Shown: positions 50,844-63,179 of the stretch, piece by piece
Position numbering within the stretch: position 1 is the first letter of the stretch
How the letters are laid out: each line of letters starts with the position of its first letter
NCBI RefSeq assembly: GCF_006345805.1
Contig: NC_043002.1
Span: 46,066,001 to 46,130,000, forward strand
Length of the DNA stretch: 64,000 nt
Reading direction: 5' to 3'
Source: Octopus sinensis
Lineage: Eukaryota
Notes under the pieces: model-generated
Seen by the model: only the letters and a program-made list of their open reading frames with translations
What the model was told of the DNA's origin: nothing
The model's database searches: none
Position numbers and translations under genes: made by a program

Positions 50844-53236
50844 AACACATGTATGTATAGCAGGGAATACTGTAGTATTAACAGTTAAATTTGTTTTACA
50901 ATTTGAAATATAATTTTCTTAAGAGATAATAATAGGATATCATACAATAGACTTTAATTCAGAGTTAGTTAAAACAGGAAAACAAACAATTTGACAAACA
51001 TTATTTTGAAAAGCTATACTGATTAAACTTCATATTTCTTAGGACTGTTATCTGCTGATAAGGTAATATCTATAAGACAGGAATAAGATACATTGAATTA
51101 AACAAGATAATCATATTTTTCTAGTTCACAATTTGTACCTGCTTACTCTATAAACCTACTTCTTTAATTTTAATTATATGGATTTAAACATAATACTTAT
51201 TAGCTTTTGTATTGCTTGGGGTAGCTATCCACTGATAAAGAAATACCTGCATCTATAGATAAATATAGATTTAGATAAAGCAAGTTATTCATATATTTGT
51301 AAAGTAAAAATAATGTAAGTTTACTCTATAAAGTAAATCTCTTTACTTCAGTTTTTAATATGATTAACATTACTTCTTCTTCCATGAATACATTTTAATA
51401 AATCTTTGAGAAACTAATTACATTCAAACATTGGAAAGATTGGATTACATCAACTCCAAGAATGTCAGGCAGCAAACCTTGCCTATCTGTTCCAGCTCTA
51501 AACATTCTGAGTTCAAATTCCACCCAGTCACCAAAAGCAGTAACACTCTTGTCAGGAGTTGTGAGCAATTTCAAAAGCTAATGGAAATATAGTTACCTTA
51601 GTTCAATTAGAAGACTGACAGACACTAGTATAAAATAAATGTGTGTGTGTGCATGCGTGCGTTCTGTGACATTTGCTTTGGATCATATTCTTCATTGTAA
51701 AAGATAAAATAAAACCTCTAAATCCATGACAGCTAATTTCTAACATTTAACTTCCTCCCATCATTTTGATGCTACTTCTAATTTTTTCCTTTATGGTTTG
51801 GTCTGGAGGCAGGGGTTAGTACGTATGGCCTAGCAGTGTGTTACTTTTTTCTCAAGAACCCATTATACCTTAAAGCATGCATCAGATATTTTTCTTTTTC
51901 TGACAATTGTATTAATGAGGCAGACTGAATGGTAAAGGTTATAGATCTATAATCCATCACTGATAAATACAGAGTTTACTGTAGGTATTACCTAAGTGGA
52001 AAGAGAGATAGTGTTCCATGCTCTCTGTTTGGAATTATCTCTGCCAATTCTGCTACTCTAATAAAAGACTATTGTTTTCCGAACATGCACCTCATTTATT
52101 GCACTTGTCTCTCTCTGTTTCTCATCTTCCATAATATATTCCCTTCCTCTAAACTCGGCATCAAGCTTTATATTTTGAGGACAAAAGCTGCTCCAAGGAA
52201 TTTCTCTTTCTATTATTTCTGCAGTTAACTATTTAAGCTATAATTAAACCATAGCAGTCTCATTTTCACTACTTATATAAACCAAAGCTAAAGAAAATGC
52301 CATTATTTCTTAGTTAAGAAAAAAATAATAAAATCCAGTAAATTTCGTGCCAAGATGGAAAGATGGGTGCAAAATAGATAAAATATATTATACCTACCTA
52401 TAATTACATAAATTGAATGTTTACCTTACACTATCATAACAATACATAAAATGAATTCCATTTGTATTTAAGCTATTTTAGCTCAAGAAAACTGTTTCTT
52501 TGCAATGCTCATTGAAAATATTTATTTAAAACATTTTCGAAGTTTTAATCTGATAAGAAGATATATTTTGTTGAATATCAATAGTTTATTCTTATTGTAA
52601 TGTTTGTTACTGGTGTTCTTTTTTTTTATATTTCTAAATATATTTTAAGTTTCAAATGTTCTTCCATGATGTAAGTTACGTTTGTTAATAACAAATGCCA
52701 TTTTTCTGCTTGATACTTTTACAAAGTGTTTAATATTATTTCAAAATTTAAAAAGTCCTTTTTTAAAGAAATTTTAACAATTATACAAGTTGTTCAATCA
52801 GAATATTTTAATTACCTACACTGCATCTTTCTAAAAAATATTGTAAGAATTACCTTCAGGTAAAGTATCTTTAACATAATGGGAGTTATACACAAAATAA
52901 ATACGTAAAAAAATAAATAAGTAGATAATACAGTTGTTTTCTTTGATCATGTATCATAATTTTGATATGATATATTTGAGTGAAATATCATTGAATCTTG
53001 AAAGCCACTCTTCAGCAGCAATTGTAGCAACAATAAATGCTTCAAACTAAACGAACTAAGACTTCCTAATCTCTCTCTTTCTCTTTCTCTCTCTCTCTCT
53101 CTCTCTCTGTCTATACATACATACATCATACATACATACATGCAATGCCATACATACATCTGTATATACATTCATGCATACACATACACACACATATATA
53201 TATATACATACATGCATACATACATACATACATACA

Positions 53237-53270
<34 letters not shown>

Positions 53271-54199
53271 CATGCATGCATGCATACATGCATTCATACA
53301 TACATACGTACATACATACACATGCAACAATCTAATTCCTGGAAATACTTTAAATTAGTGCTAAATTGAAATTTGAAAATATTTAACTGTACTTGTCTCT
53401 CTGCTTGTCAACTTCTACTCTGCATTTGTCTCTCTTTAATTCCTCTGAACTGGACATTTCTCTCTTAAAAAAACAATTATTCTATTAAATAAGTTTAATT
53501 GTTCAGTATAATAATTATCACTCTTTGTATATTGTATTCCTTACTTAATTTTTCTGTTGCTAATTAATTATGTTAATTACTTGGCTTTCCATCATTAACA
53601 GTGCCCATTAGTGAGTGGCCAATTTTATTGACTTCTACATGAGAGATGTAGAATTCAATTGCAGGAGGGGATGAACTCAGCACTGTGAGCTAAAGAAACA
53701 ATTGATCATTTCATAGTGCATCTCCTGCTGACAGCAGTAGCAAGCTTGGTCCTAGCAGAATACTTGTTTACAACTAGGGGAGGAACTGATCCATTTGAAA
53801 TTTGTCTTGGCCACAGACACACAACATAATGTCAATGGCTGGAAGATATGAACAGTCAGTCTTTCATCGAGACGTAATGGCTGAGTGAATAAGACCTTGA
53901 TGTAGTGGTTGTAAAGTTTGGTCTGGAGCTATGAAGTTCTGAGCTTGACCTAACTGTGTAACACCTTTTACCATTATAACTGGGTTGATTGATATATTGT
54001 GAGGGGAATTTGGTTCATGGAAACTGTGCAGTAGCTTGTTGTGTGTGTGTATGTATATATATATGTATATATATATATAGGGAGAGTTTACGAAAAAAAC
54101 AAAAGACGAAGACAGGTGGTGTACAAAACAAACAGATGTATTAGTATATACACACACACACATATATACATGTACCTATATACATATACACACACACAT

Positions 54200-54289
<90 letters not shown>

Positions 54290-54435
54290 ATATACATATA
54301 TATATACATATATATACATATACATATATATACATATATATATAGATAGATAGATGTGTGTGTATGTGTGTGTGTATATATATATATATGTGTGTGTGTG
54401 TTTGTGTGTGTGTGTATATATAAAAAATATATATA

Positions 54436-55445
54436 TTGCAATTTTGGCTGGTTATATACTCAAGATTGCTCCAATCTGGCCAGCCCCAAGGAAAAACTAA
54501 GCTAAGAGCATTAGATTCCTTGGAAGAAAGCAGCGAATGTGTATGAAAACAAGGACGGAAAAATGGAGAAAGTTACACAAATACAAATAACAAGACATAA
54601 CAACAGGTGCCTTCTGACTAAGGACGAATTAAATTAAGCTGGCATGTGTGGAAGTAAAGCTTTACAGCAGGGATACAAGATTTCACAGGCACAAGGGAGA
54701 ATATAGATGTTGCATGGACAATAACCAAACCAAGAAAGAAAGGTCAGGCTTGGCTGAACACTGGTCACATGGGGAGAGAAGAGAAAGAGGTAGAGGCAGG
54801 ATGGGCGAGAAAAAATGACTGGGACATAGTGAAGTGAAAAGAGGAGGGAAAGTGAGCATGAAGAGAAGGCAAGGAAATGTGAGGGAGGGGGAATGAAAGA
54901 ATGAAGAGTGGAATGAACGAAGTGAAAGGGCTGATAGAAGGAAAGAATAAAAGAATAAGAGGATAGAGTCGTACAAGATTTAGATAAATATGTACTTACA
55001 TATAAGAGACCAAAGTGTACATACAGCGCTATATATATATACAAAATGGGACAAGAATGCAAAACATCCAGACAGTTAGGTGATACAAGAAAGGGACAAC
55101 AAAACATCCAGATAGACGATACAAAGAAAACAAGGATGGGTCATTCGGAGTTTTCTTTCCTCTGTCGAGTTCCAGATTATCTTTGCAATTTCGGCCGGTT
55201 ATACTCAAGATTGCTCCAATCTGGCCAGCCCCAAGGAAAAACTAAGTTAAGAGCATTAGATTCCTTGGAAGAAAGCAGCGAATGTATATGAAAACAAGGA
55301 CAGAAACAAAAACAGGTGTCTTTCGAGTAAGGACGAATTAAATTAAGCTGGTGTGTGAGGAAGTAAAGCCTTACGGCAGGGATACAAGATTTCACAGGCA
55401 CAGGGAAGAAAATAGATGTTGCATGGACAACGGCCAAATCAAGAA
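54436..55445. mobile_element. Unclassified element with ~280-bp direct repeats (54436-54737, 55183-55445)
   Basis: TTGCAATTT..TATACTCAAGATTGCTCCAATCTGGCCAGCCCCAAGG.. occurs twice, about 750 bp apart. Confidence 0.6.
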
Positions 55446-55689
55446 AAAAACATATATGCAGAAGGTTGAAAAGTAACACACGAGTTGATATGTATAAGGA
55501 AAATAGAACAAGAAAATACTAAAATAATTTTATCATAAAGAACATTTTTGTACTGGTTTCAGTCTTTGTGACTTTTCAACTTAGAGTAATGCATAAAAAA
55601 CAATAAAATTGTAGAAAAATTAAATGAAATATACTCATATACATACATGTAGATACATATATCTATATATGTATACACTTCTAGATTGT

Positions 55690-57030
55690 AAAGTTACATG
55701 TCTAAATACATGTTATTCTGATACTGTTCTTTTTAACTCAGATGGTTTAATCCGAGTTGTGGGTGTTAGGTTTATATTTGTTAGGTATGGTTAAGATTGT
55801 AATATGTGAAAGTGTTTAGCCTGATGTAGGCATCTGGGTAATTGTTCTGTAAATCTATTTATAAACGCTCCTTTGTTAACAATATTGAGAGTTGCTCTTC
55901 AGAACATAGCTGGCAATTCCAAGATAATGTGTTGTAGAGACTCACATGTCTAATTATCGACCAGGTTAGGTCATATTTTGCCTTCTCTTCCTTGAGCTTC
56001 CAAATAAAATCAGCAATAATTCAAGCAACAACTCTAACACACTTAGAAATGGTGATAACAAGAGCTCTCAGGGTGCACAAACCTCCGTCATGGCATCACC
56101 AACGTCCTCTCAAGGATTAGCTGGAGATAATTTTTTTGAATGAGAATATCCGAAATAAACTCAACTGCTCTCACAAGCAAGACTACTAAAAATGAACCTG
56201 ACAACTCTCAAAAATTAAGCAAAAAAAAAAAAAACGGGGAAAGTAATCGAAAATCCTTGTCCAGTACCAGATCAATCCCCAAATCTAATCAGTTCATGCC
56301 AGTCATGAGGCCAAACATCACTGAAAGTTTCATCTGAATCTATCCAGCAGTTCTTGAGATATCTTGTCCACAGACAAACAAACAAATGAACACAACTGAA
56401 AACAATACCCCCACCTTCGTTAAGATGAATGTAATAAAAGGATAACAATGACCACAAATATACTGAACAGAACCAATTCACCTAGTGCTTGCTGCAAGCA
56501 AAAAAACCAACCAGTTATGCTCATGCAGAGACAGATCCAAATGTCCTTTGGACAATCAATGCATGACAAAAGATCTCATATACAAGTGCACAGTAAACAC
56601 TAGAGGAGGCCCCTACATATATATCTAAGCATCAGCTGATATTTTCAAAAATCGATATCGTGGGCATATTGCCAGCTTTCGAAAAATCCTTAAACAGTAT
56701 GTAACATTATCAGCTGATTTTATCTGGAAGCTCAAGGAAGAAAAAGCAAAATATGACCTAAATATGATAATTAAACTTGCGAGTTCCTACAACACATTAT
56801 CCCAGAAATGCCAGTTATGTTCCAAAGAATCACTCAATATTGTTAACAAAGGAGTGCACTATAAATAGATTTATGGAACAATTATCTAAATACCTACATG
56901 CAGCTAACACACACTCCCATATTACAGTCTTAACCATACCTAACTAATGTAAACCTAACACCCACAACCCAGATTAATCCACCTGAATATCAGAATAACA
57001 TGAATTTAGACATGTAACTTTACTAACTAG
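55690..57030. mobile_element. PLE relic: GIY-YIG 3' end (+) with an inverted partial copy on its left
   Basis: 56518-56868 reads CSCRDRSKCPLDNQC..LIYKCTV..YIYI*..FKNRYRGH..FIWKLKE..CQLC. 55690-56015 is a diverged reverse complement of 56713-57030. Confidence 0.8.
56057..56437 (+). mobile_element. Possible Helentron-type non-autonomous insert
   Basis: Starts AACAAGAG with CCTCCG near the 5' end and a decayed CCCCCACCTTCGTTAAG motif near the 3' end. It interrupts the PLE relic. Confidence 0.3.
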
Positions 57031-57066
57031 ATATGTGTGTATATATCATCATCGTTTAACATCCGT

Positions 57067-57114
<48 letters not shown>

Positions 57115-57209
57115 TATATATATATGAATATATGTATATATATGTATGTATATGTATATGAGTATATGTATATAAGTATATGTATAAGTGTATATATATA
57201 TATATATAA

Positions 57210-58300
57210 GTCAGTAAATAGTGGGGTTGTGTTAACCGCACATGGAGAAATGGTAGGAGAGGAAAACTTATAAGGCAGAATGCTAAATTGAAAATATTTT
57301 TTATAAAAATGGGTGTATGAAAAATTAAAAAAGAAAAATAATAACAAATCAAACTGGCTTTCATTGCAAGGCAAATTTTCAAGATTTGGAAGGGGAAAAA
57401 GTTTTTTTAAATTGAGGAAGGGGAAAAAAGAAATTTACAATGTTTTTTTTCAAAAAAATAATAATACATATATACAAAAATTCATAAAGAAGTATACTAA
57501 TACATTGTAGTGTCTTATGCTTTTAGAGTTCAATATTAGTCCTTGGAAAAACTTCTTTGGAGGATTAGGATGAATGTGTTTAAGTCTAGTGTTTAGTTTG
57601 AAAGAGTTGGGTGATTGTGTGTCAAAACAGGAAATGGGGTAGGAGTTATCCAGTTCCTGTGCGTAAGGGGAGACAGTTCTGTGGATTTTATGCTCTTTAA
57701 TTGGAATGATGGACTTTTTGTCAAACAGGATGCTTATATCAATTTTTTGTTAGATAGGATGTTAGAAAAAGGAGTATGGTCACCGTGGAGTTTGCATATA
57801 AAGACGCGTTTGGAATTCTTCAATAAAAAGATTCTCCTTGTTGATTCTTTCTTGTGTAGAGATTCTGTCTTTACATTGTAGAAAGGGAATATGTGAAATT
57901 TGGGATTTTTACCTCTAGCGCAAAAGTCTATGTGGCTACTGAGTGGAATTTGACGGTATTGTGTGAGATTTATCTGTTCTTTATGGACTGCTACTCTTCT
58001 GCATAAAGGAAGGCTCGTTTGTCCAACATAATTGTGTTGGCAACTGGTGCATGTGAGAACGTAGATGAGGTTCTTGGAGGAACAGGAGAAATTGGTCTTG
58101 ATTTTAAACTTTGTTCCTTTTTCCCCTTCTTCAATTTAAAAAAATTTTTTCACCCTTCCAAATCTTGAAAATTTGCCTTGCAATGAAAGCAGGTTTGATT
58201 TATTAATATTTTTTCTTTTTTAATTTTTCATACACCCATTTTTATTAAAATTTTCTTTCAATTTAGCATTCTGCCTTATTATAATTTTTCCTCTCCTATA
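57210..58300 (-). mobile_element. 5'-truncated PLE with inverted pLTR
   Basis: 57595-58115 is homologous to the 25384-25920 GIY-YIG region. 57255-57430 and 58118-58296 are inverted copies of each other. Confidence 0.85.
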
Positions 58301-58538
58301 TATATATAAATTTATATATGAGGATAATATCGATATTTAAGTGTCGAAATTATCAAGTGGCCAGCATGAAAGAAATACCTTACAAAGGTAAAAAAATTTT
58401 TAACAATTAAAAATGAGGGTGTCTAAAAGACACCAACATGCCGAAATAGCAGTCGAAACACTGACTATAGTACCACGTTAAATGTTCATATCGCACCATG
58501 AGGTAAAGCGGAGGGACAAAACATACAAGCAAAAATTA

Positions 58539-58612
58539 TTGAATAATTCAAGATCCAAGGATTTCTGGTTCTGCTTTAGATAAGCTTTACCGTCATCAAT
58601 TGAATATATCAA
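58539..58612 (-). ncRNA. Type I hammerhead fold, unit 1
   Basis: Reverse complement of 59940-60013. Confidence 0.65.
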
Positions 58613-59020
58613 GGGTACATAAATACAGATATATATATGCACAGCAAACGATATACTTACATATACGAGCGTCGTACATACATACATATGCACGTATGGA
58701 CACAGCCAGTTTGAATCGCCCGCCAAATCACCGCATAAGTACGATATGGTTAAAATAAGCACCGCAGTGAATATAATAACGAATTATATAAATTTATATA
58801 TGAGGATAATATCGATATTTAAGTGTCGAAATTATCAAGTGGCCAGCATGAAAGAAATACCTTACAAAGGTAAAAAAATTTTTAACAATTAAAAATGAGG
58901 GTGTCTAAAAGACACCAACATGCCGAAATAGCAGTCGAAACACTGACTATAGTACCACGTTAAATGTTCATATCGCACCATGAGGTAAAGCGGAGGGACA
59001 AAACATACAAGCAAAAATTA

Positions 59021-59094
59021 TTGAATAATTCAAGATCCAAGGATTTCTGGTTCTGCTTTAGATAAGCTTTACCGTCATCAATTGAATATATCAA
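59021..59094 (-). ncRNA. Type I hammerhead fold, unit 2
   Basis: Identical to unit 1. Confidence 0.65.
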
Positions 59095-59502
59095 GGGTAC
59101 ATAAATACAGATATATATATGCACAGCAAACGATATACTTACATATACGAGCGTCGTACATACATACATATGCACGTATGGACACAGCCAGTTTGAATCG
59201 CCCGCCAAATCACCGCATAAGTACGATATGGTTAAAATAAGCACCGCAGTGAATATAATAACGAATTATATAAATTTATATATGAGGATAATATCGATAT
59301 TTAAGTGTCGAAATTATCAAGTGGCCAGCATGAAAGAAATACCTTACAAAGGTAAAAAAATTTTTAACAATTAAAAATGAGGGTGTCTAAAAGACACCAA
59401 CATGCCGAAATAGCAGTCGAAACACTGACTATAGTACCACGTTAAATGTTCATATCGCACCATGAGGTAAAGCGGAGGGACAAAACATACAAGCAAAAAT
59501 TA

Positions 59503-59576
59503 TTGAATAATTCAAGATCCAAGGATTTCTAGTTCTGCTTTAGATAAGCTTTACCGTCATCAATTGAATATATCAA
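59503..59576 (-). ncRNA. Type I hammerhead fold, unit 3
   Basis: One change at 59531 turns a stem II G-C pair into G.U. Confidence 0.62.
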
Positions 59577-59939
59577 GGGAACATAAATACAGATATATAT
59601 ATGCACAGCAAACGATATACTTACATATACGAGCGTCGTACATACATACATATGCACGTATGGACACAGCCAATTTTTTTACCTTTGTAAGGTATTTCTT
59701 TCATGCTGGCCACTTGATAATTTCGACACTTAAATATCGATATTATCCTCATATATAAATTTATATAATTCGTTATTATATTCACTGCGGTGCTTATTTT
59801 AACCATATCGTACTTATGCGGTGATTAGGCGGGCGATTCAAACTGGCTGTGTCCATACGTGCATATGTATGTATGTACGATGCTCGTATATGTAAGTATA
59901 TCGTTTGCTGTGCATATATATATCTGTATTTATGTACCC

Positions 59940-60013
59940 TTGATATATTCAATTGATGACGGTAAAGCTTATCTAAAGCAGAACCAGAAATCCTTGGATC
60001 TTGAATTATTCAA
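59940..60013 (+). ncRNA. Type I hammerhead fold, inverted unit
   Basis: TTGA tat ATTCAA-TTGATGA-cGGT aaa GCTT atcta AAGC aga ACCa-GAA-ATCC tt GGAT-C-TTGAAT tat TCAA. Predicted cleavage is after C60000. Confidence 0.65.
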
Positions 60014-60139
60014 TAATTTTTGCTTGTATGTTTTGTCCCTCCGCTTTACCTCATGGTGCGATATGAACATTTAACGTGGTACTATAGTCAGTGTTTCGAC
60101 TGCTATTTCGGCATGTTGGTGTCTTTTAGACACCCTCAT

Positions 60140-60198
<59 letters not shown>

Positions 60199-60206
60199 TA
60201 TTTGTG

Positions 60207-60237
<31 letters not shown>

Positions 60238-60385
60238 ATAATGCAAATGTGTGTATGTATGTGTGTGTGTGTCTGGTTTTTCATGAATATGTGTATCTGG
60301 GTCTATGTACATATCTATACGCATATTTATATATGTCTGTGTATGTGTATATATGCATATATGCACATGTGTACCTAAATATATG

Positions 60386-60431
<46 letters not shown>

Positions 60432-60839
60432 TGTCCATATATGTATGTATATGTATATATTTATATATATATGTATGTATGTGTATCTGTGTGTGTATAT
60501 ATATATATATATATATGTGCATATGTATGTATGGGTGAGTATATGTATGTGTATGTATGTATATATGTATGTATATGTATGCATGTGTGTAAATGCACAG
60601 ACAGAAAAATACTTATTAATCTTCCTTTCACATTTTACTTTCGTTTATCTCTAAGCAGTTACAACAGCGAGAGCTGATTATGTCATTTTATCTAATCTAG
60701 AATGAATGTTTTCCATGTACGTATTTGAATTTTTTTGCATTTCTATAATAGTTTTTGTTTTATTCATTCCTGAACTGGATAGACATTTAACAACAAGCCA
60801 GCCAACACAAAAAATCTCCAGTGAGACTTTTTCATTAAT

Positions 60840-60882
60840 GCACCTGAAGAGACCCAAACTGATGGGTCAAAACATGTTGTAC
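60840..60882 (+). ncRNA. Decayed minimal hammerhead (G12A)
   Basis: GCAC-CTGAAGA-GACCC aaactgat GGGTC-AAA-ACATGT-T-GTAC, followed by AATAAA. Confidence 0.55.
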
Positions 60883-61372
60883 CTAATAAATGTCTAATAC
60901 AAAATCCATCTCCTGCTATTAATTAATACTATTACCCTAACTGTCACTGCAAAGTTCCTAAATTAAATCTATCGAGAGTGTACCACAACTACGGATGACA
61001 ACAGGTAGCCTACACTGTGCTGGTGCTCTACTCAACATTTAAACACATTAATCTAATTATACATATTTTTTTCTAAATTTTGTATTATTTGATATATATA
61101 TATATATGGTAGGCAGTGTATTGGTGTAACTATTTGTGATTGACAGTGAAATAGCATAAGAAAGTAAACAAGAAAAAAAAAATGTGCTTCTGGGTTTATA
61201 ATTCTTCATCAGACAGGTTTATTTTTGTTCATCTTTATTGCTTAGAGATATTAAATATGTACCTCCATTAGATCCCATTTTCCCTCATGTTTCCAAATAA
61301 AATTCTGTTCCTTATTAAAAAGACCCTCTACAATTTAGAGGTTTTCAACATCTTTGTGGCTAGCTAATACCT

Positions 61373-61780
61373 CTCTTTTACTCTTTTACTCTTTTACTTG
61401 TTTCAGTCATTCGACTGCGGCCATGCTGGAGCACCGCCTTTAGTTGAGCAATTCGACCCTGGGACTTATTCTTTGTAAGCCCAGTACTTATTCTATCATT
61501 CTCTTTTGCCGAGCCGCTAAGTGACAAGGACGTAAACACACCAGCATCGGTTGTCAAGCAATGCTAGGGGGACAAACACAGACACACAAACACACATACA
61601 TATATATATATACATATATACGACAGGCTTCTTTCAGTTTCCATCTACCGAAACCACTCACACGGCATTGGTCGGTCCGGGGCTATAGCAGAAGACACTT
61701 GCCCAAGATGCCACGCAGTGGGACTGAACCCGGAACCATGTGGTTGGTTAGCAAGCTACTTACCACACAGCCACTCCTGC
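61373..61780 (-). mobile_element. Full-length young SINE family B
   Basis: Minus head GCAGGAGTGGCTGTGTGGTAAG..GGTTCAGTCCC, internal (TA/TG)n, and (GTAAAAGA)n tail. Confidence 0.85.
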
Positions 61781-63179
61781 ACCTATTTATATTTCTTTCA
61801 CATGTTACTCATGGCAGAATGATACAATGGGTATCACTGCTTCATAAAAATGTTCATATCTTCAAATGTGTAATTGCTACTTCGTTAACCTTATGTACAT
61901 CTCTCTACATTGACAAGGAAACTTATGAACAATGCTTGTATACATATTGACAGGATGATGTCTGATGATTCATTCTCTGATCTGATTTGACTTTGACCAA
62001 TGTGGCATGTTTCTTGTATATTGTTTTAGATTTATAGCTGCACCTTGTTATTCTGACAGAATGCCCAAACTGTCTTTGGCAGTTTCTTTATGAATTTTAC
62101 ATCTACTTGCTGTAGTAGGTTTACATAACCTAATTCTTGGGTTTATGATTATTTCTCTCTCTTTCACAATTCCTCTCTGTAATTTTTCAGACACTACTTA
62201 ATGCCGTATTTTATGTCTGCATCAAGTGGTCTATGTATTTATTTGTCTGCCCCTATGGGGCAAAACATAGTGAACAGTACTTCTCTGAAGTTTTCCCTCA
62301 TGGAATTTGCCTGTGGGCTTTGTTGCATCTATTCATGCAGCATGCAAATTTGTTGCTACATGGTATCTCAAGCTTTGAGGATATATGAAATCTAGATGTA
62401 AAAGGTTCCTTTCTACTTCTTTCTCAGAGAATTGAATTTGTGATTTACTCAAACAGGATAGATACAGTAAATTCAGGCCAGAGTAGGGATCCATATACAA
62501 TGAGATATTTAATATCAAACTTGATTCTGTTGAGGAGGATATTGATGGTCTCATGGATTTTCATAGCCATGTCAAAGAAATTGATTATGACAAGGTCATC
62601 ACTCATGTACTGTGTGGTATTCTTGCACCTTAGTAATTTAACAATTTATTGTTCTCTGGCTGACAAGCTGGTGAGGAAATGGTTGGAACTCATGTATCAC
62701 GTGTATGATTCTTAAAATGATTTGGTAAAGTTTCCCAATCTTTATGGTTTTGCAACAGCTTTTCTGTTGAAACATTGTGGTTCTTTATTTTTCTTATTTT
62801 GTTATTATTATATTTTATGATGGTGTAAGAACTCCAAGAATTTATAAGAATCTGTAGATATTTTAGGAATTACACAGTTAGATCATACAGTTTACACCCC
62901 TTTAACAAACAGATTTGTCAGCAGATGCTTACCCATTTATCCATATGTTCACAACAGGTTTTGAAACAGGAATACCTTGCCTGTGCTGTATTTCTACACA
63001 GACTAATATGCCAAATAAAAATAAACCTCATATCTTAACCAGACACACAGATGACATGAAACTTTGCATTGTAGAGGCACCCACAAGAACCTTGGACCTC
63101 TGAACTACAGAGGCAACATAAACCCACCCTAAACTGCAGGGGAGAATTGAGCATGTGAAAGTACATGTTTAGTACCAGT

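Larger units (their letters stand above)
58303..60147. repeat. 482-bp tandem array (2 full + 1 partial unit) plus one inverted unit; candidate retrozyme
   Basis: Units start at 58303, 58785 and 59267. The inverted copy spans 59673-60147. I saw only 4 substitutions among the copies. Flanked by (TA)n. Confidence 0.95.

Noticed and set aside
58478-60074. Repeated 94-aa, 71-aa and 64-aa ORFs inside the 482-bp units
   Set aside because: No recognisable domain, partly microsatellite-derived, and repeated only because the unit is repeated.
58303-60147. The array as a CRISPR, 5S rDNA, tRNA cluster or mitochondrial insert
   Set aside because: There is no repeat-spacer pattern, and no 5S, tRNA or mitochondrial gene motif was recognised.
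40567-60677. Many YI/CV/HT-rich ORFs in the ORF track
   Set aside because: They are translations of (TA)n, (CA)n and (ATCT)n microsatellites.
61950-62900. Possible additional PLE relic on the minus strand
   Set aside because: Only vague GIY-YIG-like fragments across frames, too degenerate to support a call.
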